Shown here: positions 59,449 through 64,000 of the stretch, one piece after another
Position numbering within the stretch: position 1 is the stretch's first letter
Layout: the number at the start of each line of letters is the position of its first letter
IMG/VR virus record: IMGVR_UViG_3300044715_001755
Reading direction: 5' to 3' (one strand)
Origin: an uncultured virus (IMG/VR IMGVR_UViG_3300044715_001755)
Lineage: Duplodnaviria; Heunggongvirae; Uroviricota; Caudoviricetes
Length of the DNA: 64,000 nt
Notes under the pieces: model-generated
Told to the model about the DNA's origin: nothing
Databases searched by the model: none
The model's input: the letters and a program-made list of their open reading frames with translations, nothing else
Position numbers and translations under genes: made by a program

Positions 59449-60546
59449 ATGCGCAATATATTAAGCTTTTCACTTTTTGAAAGCGATGGTAAAACAAATT
59501 TAAGCTGGGACTCTGATTATGATTCGCTAGAGTCCAATCCTCTATGGACCGAGCTAAAGAATAGAGGTTTTGTTAATGTGTCGAGTCCCATTATGGTTAA
59601 AAATAAGAGTCTACTTCTTAAAAATCCAGGATCTCCCTGGTTTTATCCAGAAGGAGTGGTTCTACAGAGATCAGGGTATATTAGAGACAAAGGAGCAAAA
59701 TCAGGATTTGTAAGAAACGATCTTATAGTGATAGACGATATGCTCACATACCTCATAGAAAGATACGATAAGGATCTCAAAAAAATGGGGGGAATCCTAT
59801 CTTCCATGGAGGGGTCAAATTTAGGGATGAGCCATGTGAAATTAATTTCCTCCGGAACTAAAGCAAAGTGGTATTACGACAAATCAACTGGGAGGGTTAA
59901 TGTGGACGGTAAGATTAATCTTCTTATAAGTAGCAAAGAGGATAAAGAAACACTATCTGAAATCAGCTTCGGAAGAATTAAAACCCAATTTACTGTAACA
60001 TTTAGGGACAGAGCTTTTGACGACGGAGAAATTGGATCACTGGTTTACGCACCAAGTTACGTGGGGGATGCTTTTTTAATACAAGGGGGTAGACTTAAAG
60101 ACCTAGAAGGTTTAGGTGAAGTTAAAGGAACAATCTCTATAAAGGGTGAAAACTATTATAATAGATTATCCTTAGAGGGCATATCGGAGTGCAAGTGGTT
60201 AAATATAGGAGAATTTTTTAACATACCCTATGACACTAAACACTGTCTTCTAGTTTTAGAAAATGGCTGTTTAGCAAACAACTGGACAGTAAATGGACCG
60301 GTTATGGGAAAGGACATCCATGCAACCAGATCAAATGATAATATTGCAAGGTCGATAATATTAACCGTTCCAATAATGCAAGAAGCCTCGCTTTTAAAAT
60401 ATTTCAATGAAAATCCATTGTCTATTGATCTATTAGATAGCCCAGCAGAAAGAATAAAAGGCATCAAGAATTTTATATTTTCTAAATTGGGATACACCGA
60501 TGAGGATATTGCTGCTGTCAAAAGACAGAAGAATAGGATATTATAA
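59449..60546 (+). CDS. CTS-like N-terminus protein with degenerate LRR-like repeats
   Basis: MRNILSFSLFE; WYYDKSTGRVNVDG; SLVYAPSYVG, LKDLEG..EVKG. Confidence 0.6.
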   Translation: MRNILSFSLFESDGKTNLSWDSDYDSLESNPLWTELKNRGFVNVSSPIMVKNKSLLLKNPGSPWFYPEGVVLQRSGYIRDKGAKSGFVRNDLIVIDDMLTYLIERYDKDLKKMGGILSSMEGSNLGMSHVKLISSGTKAKWYYDKSTGRVNVDGKINLLISSKEDKETLSEISFGRIKTQFTVTFRDRAFDDGEIGSLVYAPSYVGDAFLIQGGRLKDLEGLGEVKGTISIKGENYYNRLSLEGISECKWLNIGEFFNIPYDTKHCLLVLENGCLANNWTVNGPVMGKDIHATRSNDNIARSIILTVPIMQEASLLKYFNENPLSIDLLDSPAERIKGIKNFIFSKLGYTDEDIAAVKRQKNRIL

Positions 60547-60624
60547 TCCAGGCGGCATAATAGCAGGTATCATAGCTTCTCTTAATATAGGAAACTACCG
60601 GTCTTTGCCTGTCTATAATGATTG

Positions 60625-61233
60625 ATGTCAAAGAAAGAGAAGCCAATTTACACCACACACGAAGAGGATAAGCAGCTAGTCATCCAGGCTATGGGTGGCG
60701 ATCAAAGATCTTATAATATTCTCGCTAGAAAATATAAGCTGATTCTATTCACAGCTGCTCAAAGAAGATTACCCGGTAAAGGGGAGGATGATCTAGAAGA
60801 TATAGTTATGTCTGTTTTGGGCAGGTGTTTCATATCACTACACCTTTACGATCCCGCTAAGAGCAAATTTTTCACATGGATGATAGCTTGTCTTCACAAT
60901 CACGTCAACTCTATACCAAAAGGTAAAAAGAGGATTAGCGCAGAAAGCTACCAGGGTGTATCTACAGTTAGCATGGAAATTAGAGAGATTGGCCAATCTG
61001 AAAGCACAATAGAAGATATCGACCGCACTCAGGTTATCAAACTAGTGAGATTACTTATTGAAAAGCTACCACCTGATGTTGCCACTGCTATTAAATTAAA
61101 GTACTTTAAGGATTACACTCACGAGGAGATAGCAAAAGAAATTGGATGTAAAGTTGGTGATGTTTGGTACAAAATAAAGAAAGGAAAGAAGATCCTAAAA
61201 CGTTTAAGCGACATTAATGGATTGTTCGATTAA
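60625..61233 (+). CDS. ECF-type sigma factor (divergent)
   Basis: DKQLVIQAMGGDQRSY, DLEDIV, KFFTWM, IEKLPP...LKYFKDYTHEEIAKEIG. Confidence 0.8.
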   Translation: MSKKEKPIYTTHEEDKQLVIQAMGGDQRSYNILARKYKLILFTAAQRRLPGKGEDDLEDIVMSVLGRCFISLHLYDPAKSKFFTWMIACLHNHVNSIPKGKKRISAESYQGVSTVSMEIREIGQSESTIEDIDRTQVIKLVRLLIEKLPPDVATAIKLKYFKDYTHEEIAKEIGCKVGDVWYKIKKGKKILKRLSDINGLFD

Positions 61234-61268
61234 TTTTGATATATAGTTCTGTAAATAATCCAAAAAAA

Positions 61269-62117
61269 ATGAAAAGATTTAAAAAACTATCCGATTTTTC
61301 TCAATCGCTAAATGAGGATGATATATCAAGTCTCACAAATGCCCACCCTTGGGAAGAGATCAGTAAAATGGGTACAAAACTCGTAAAAGGTCAGCCAATT
61401 CAACTAACGGCTAATCTTTTTGGAACAGGTGTAGATAGAATAGATGTCAATTCCACATCATTTCAAGATGCAGTCCAGATTATAAGATGGCTGTATGTAC
61501 AGAGTTACAGCGGTGCCGTTCCTCAACAGGGGGCAAAATTGATAATTAGAGGCTCCGCATCAGCAGTCGGTTCTAGTTCTGGGTATGACAACTTCGCTTT
61601 AGCGCAGAGAAGGGCAAAAAATCTATACAATGCTTTGGAGATATGGTTTGATAAAAACCATCCAAAAACGGATATTAAACCGGGCGAGGTCGAGGGCCTA
61701 ACAGAGGATGTATATTGGTCATACATAGAAAAGTACGTACCTATTAAGCAAGAAGCTGTAGTTGGAAGCGCAACCAGAAAAGGTTCACCTGAAGCATTAG
61801 CTGAGCAATGTGTGTATCTAATATGGGTACCTGTAGGTCAAAAAAACGATTTTCAATATGATTTGGTACAGCCTATAGATGACACGAGAACAGTACTTCC
61901 TCAACCACCAATAAGTATTATTAAACCAGTAAACCCAGGTTTTAGTTTTAAAATAGAAAGATGCGGCTGCTGCGGAAGGCCATTCACGCAAAACGATCAA
62001 TATTCTTGGGTTATGCAGAGATATCTTTGGTCTCTTAATGAACTTAAAAGTGGGTGGTTGAAAACTAAAATGGGTGATACTGTTTGGAGCTGGCTTATTA
62101 ATATGTCAAAAAAATAA
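61269..62117 (+). CDS. CTS-like N-terminus protein with OmpA-like domain (ATG 61269)
   Basis: MKRFKKLSDFSQSLNE; LFGTG, IIRGSAS, NFALAQRRAKNL; GATATATA 61238-61245. Confidence 0.6.
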   Translation: MKRFKKLSDFSQSLNEDDISSLTNAHPWEEISKMGTKLVKGQPIQLTANLFGTGVDRIDVNSTSFQDAVQIIRWLYVQSYSGAVPQQGAKLIIRGSASAVGSSSGYDNFALAQRRAKNLYNALEIWFDKNHPKTDIKPGEVEGLTEDVYWSYIEKYVPIKQEAVVGSATRKGSPEALAEQCVYLIWVPVGQKNDFQYDLVQPIDDTRTVLPQPPISIIKPVNPGFSFKIERCGCCGRPFTQNDQYSWVMQRYLWSLNELKSGWLKTKMGDTVWSWLINMSKK

Positions 62118-62181
62118 AAAAAAAAATTCAGATATAAAAGATGATCCTAGGATCATCTTTTTTTTCTTATATCAACAAAAA

Positions 62182-62481
62182 ATGGCAAAAACTCTATCTT
62201 CTTTCAGACCATCCGTTGCAAATAATGCATGGATGTTCTCAGTCACTTCAGAAAACAAGAATGAGCTTGAAAAAGCTTTAGCTAATTTAAAAGGAGTGCA
62301 TTCTTCCAAATTAATAAATTCTAGAATAATAGACGACCCGGATGTTATAGGAAACTATACTCTAGGAGGGACGTGTAAAACCAAAGACGACGTTAGTCTA
62401 ATTATACTTTTTATAGAGAACTCGCTGCACAAACACGAAATAATAGACGATAGTTACGACTGGCCATATTCCAACGATTAG
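62182..62481 (+). CDS. hypothetical protein (ATG 62182)
   Basis: ORF after hairpin at 62137-62165. Confidence 0.55.
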   Translation: MAKTLSSFRPSVANNAWMFSVTSENKNELEKALANLKGVHSSKLINSRIIDDPDVIGNYTLGGTCKTKDDVSLIILFIENSLHKHEIIDDSYDWPYSND

Positions 62482-62533
62482 TTGGCAGAATTATATTGGT
62501 CCTGTAAATATATAGTCTAAAAAAAGACTAACC

Positions 62534-62686
62534 ATGGCCAAGAAAACAACCACCTCCTCATCCACACAGCACAAGGCAAAGCCTAGAAGAAAAAGACCGG
62601 GCGTTCACTCGAAAACAAAATCATCCAACCTAAAATCTTCTAAATTGTGGAAGAAGATTAATAGAGGCCAAGGTTCAAAAAGATAA
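62534..62686 (+). CDS. 50-aa basic peptide (not in ORF track)
   Basis: MAKKTTTSSSTQHKAKPRRKRPGVHSKTKSSNLKSSKLWKKINRGQGSKR. Confidence 0.65.
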   Translation: MAKKTTTSSSTQHKAKPRRKRPGVHSKTKSSNLKSSKLWKKINRGQGSKR

Positions 62687-62696
62687 TTCTATTAAC

Positions 62697-63005
62697 ATGA
62701 GTATAAATGAAATAGAACAGATAAAGAACGATATAATAAGCCACAGATGCTGGATTAGATCGGTCGTTAAATCGGTAAATACACCGGATCAATTAGAATC
62801 AGCACAAAGACTGGTTGGAAATTGGAAAACCCTTACATACAAAAAGATAGATTCCTTTAAGCCTTCATTTTTCTCATCCAATAGTGGATGGAGAAGTCTT
62901 CTGGAACTTTTCATAAGAGTAGAAAAGGAATTAGAATCACACTTAGCCGGTAAAAAGGCTTTAATCAGAATAAAACATTTAGAAGACGTTTACGAAAATG
63001 CATAA
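62697..63005 (+). CDS. hypothetical protein
   Basis: ORF. Confidence 0.6.
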   Translation: MSINEIEQIKNDIISHRCWIRSVVKSVNTPDQLESAQRLVGNWKTLTYKKIDSFKPSFFSSNSGWRSLLELFIRVEKELESHLAGKKALIRIKHLEDVYENA

Positions 63006-63480
63006 GGTAGAAAAATTCAGTGACTATCTCTCACAGATAGAAGTAATGCCGCAGGTTAACAACGGGGAACCTTTCAGTATAGATGGGGAGAATATATCTC
63101 CATTATGTTGCTCCCTCATGGGACACATGATGCAGGATATGCCTTTCCCTGAAGAGTCAATACCCTCTGTAATTTTCATAGAAGAAGAACAGCCAGATAC
63201 GCATCCAGCTTTTAAAAGAACTGGGTACTATGACTTTAAGGATAACTGCATAAACATATACGTTACAGGCAGAGCACTTAAGGACATACTGAGATCAATC
63301 GCTCACGAGCTAATCCACGCAGACCAGCATATCAATAAGGGGCTAGATTTAAGTCCCGCAGTTACAGGATTAGGTGAGGATTCCACTAAAGCCGCTGAAG
63401 AGATAGAAGCTGATGCATATCTAAGAGGAAATCTTGGACTTAGAAAATGGGAGGATAGATTGAAACCGAAATTCAGATGA
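62998..63480 (+). CDS. HExxH zinc metallopeptidase-like protein
   Basis: TGYYD, DILRSIAHELIHADQH, EIEADAY. Confidence 0.65.
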   Translation: MHKVEKFSDYLSQIEVMPQVNNGEPFSIDGENISPLCCSLMGHMMQDMPFPEESIPSVIFIEEEQPDTHPAFKRTGYYDFKDNCINIYVTGRALKDILRSIAHELIHADQHINKGLDLSPAVTGLGEDSTKAAEEIEADAYLRGNLGLRKWEDRLKPKFR

Positions 63481-64000
63481 TAGAAAGAGTTAAGAAATAC
63501 AGGGATCTATTTGAGGGATATCAGGATTCTGAATCGGGTAAGGAGGAGTCCAGGGGTCTAACTGAGGACCAGATTAAATTTTTAGATCTGCACTGCAGAC
63601 AAAAAGGATCATGGACATATAACGATGTAACAGGAAAGGTGGACATCAATGGGGATTTCGATGCGAGGGATTATGCACTATATGATCTAGAGGATATAGA
63701 ATTTGGTGTTGTTACGGGAGTTTTTTTAATATCATCTAATAACCTAAAAACTTTAAAGGGATGCCCAGAAGTTGTAGGAGGTGATTTCTCGTGTAAAAGG
63801 AATAAGAGATTAGAGTCCCTCGAATTTGGTCCGAAAAAGGTAGGTGGGGATTATCATTGCAATTCATGTAGCTTAGATTCTCTAAAAGGATCACCGGAAG
63901 AGGTAAAAGGTTACTTTGATTTCTCAGGTAATTACATTTACACACTAGAAGGAGGGCCTAAGGTTGTAGGAGAATCTTTTGTGGGTAAATTAAACAGTAT
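63477..64000 (+). CDS. LRR-like repeat protein, runs off window end (not in ORF track)
   Basis: MIERVKKYRDLFE...; repeats LKTLKGCPEVVGGDF, LESLEFGPKKVGGDY, LDSLKGSPEEVKGYF, IYTLEGGPKVVGESF. Confidence 0.75.
   Translation, partial: MIERVKKYRDLFEGYQDSESGKEESRGLTEDQIKFLDLHCRQKGSWTYNDVTGKVDINGDFDARDYALYDLEDIEFGVVTGVFLISSNNLKTLKGCPEVVGGDFSCKRNKRLESLEFGPKKVGGDYHCNSCSLDSLKGSPEEVKGYFDFSGNYIYTLEGGPKVVGESFVGKLNS

Noticed and set aside
2658..62181. Track start sites at 414, 2658, 6710, 8667, 22781, 27405, 55039, 61236, 62074
   Set aside because: They overlap neighbours or promoters; downstream ATGs fit leaders and motifs better
985..63945. Many antisense or nested ORFs in the track (e.g. 1736-2122, 19313-19759, 37441-37950, 56503-56949, 63736-63945)
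   Set aside because: They shadow well-supported genes on the other strand or frame and lack motifs
1..64000. Stop-codon reassignment, as in some large Bacteroidota phages
   Set aside because: Known genes are full length in the standard code, and TAG and TGA both terminate genes (e.g. 878, 4197, 2372)
1..64000. tRNA or rRNA genes despite a CCA enzyme
   Set aside because: No cloverleaf or T-loop signature seen in the intergenic gaps; tRNAscan-SE would be needed to exclude fully
1..64000. Bacterial chromosome origin given galE, clpP, thyA and GS
   Set aside because: Housekeeping-like genes are isolated among many small phage-type ORFs, a homing endonuclease and virion-like genes, with no cellular operons

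Overview
This window is a gene-dense, AT-rich segment of a large (jumbo-type) tailed dsDNA phage. It uses the standard genetic code and most likely infects a Bacteroidota host: TAnnTTTG promoter boxes, A-rich leaders without Shine-Dalgarno sites, a DUF2452 gene and a GSII-type glutamine synthetase point that way. No capsid, terminase or polymerase core genes and no tRNA, rRNA or CRISPR were recognised. It is an accessory region containing: (i) auxiliary metabolic genes (thyA, speD-like, galE, glnII-type GS, clpP, cyclophilin, LpxH-like, GT2, thioesterase); (ii) three sigma factors; (iii) an RNA end-healing/ligase module plus a tRNA/translation-rescue cluster (CCA enzyme, 2H phosphoesterase, RlaP-like NTase, Pth2-like); (iv) an NAD+/ADP-ribose island (PRS-like + NAMPT-like pair resembling NARP1, enclosing macrodomain, NADAR and two NDT-fold genes); (v) an array of small paralogous ORFs joined by a 17-bp junction motif; and (vi) about 16 proteins with a T4 capsid-targeting-like N-terminus, most under a GATATATA motif. 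Two promoter classes are readable directly from the sequence, CGG-N10-TAnnTTTG and GATATATA, plus a weaker third. All product calls come from motif recognition by eye; no database searches were run.
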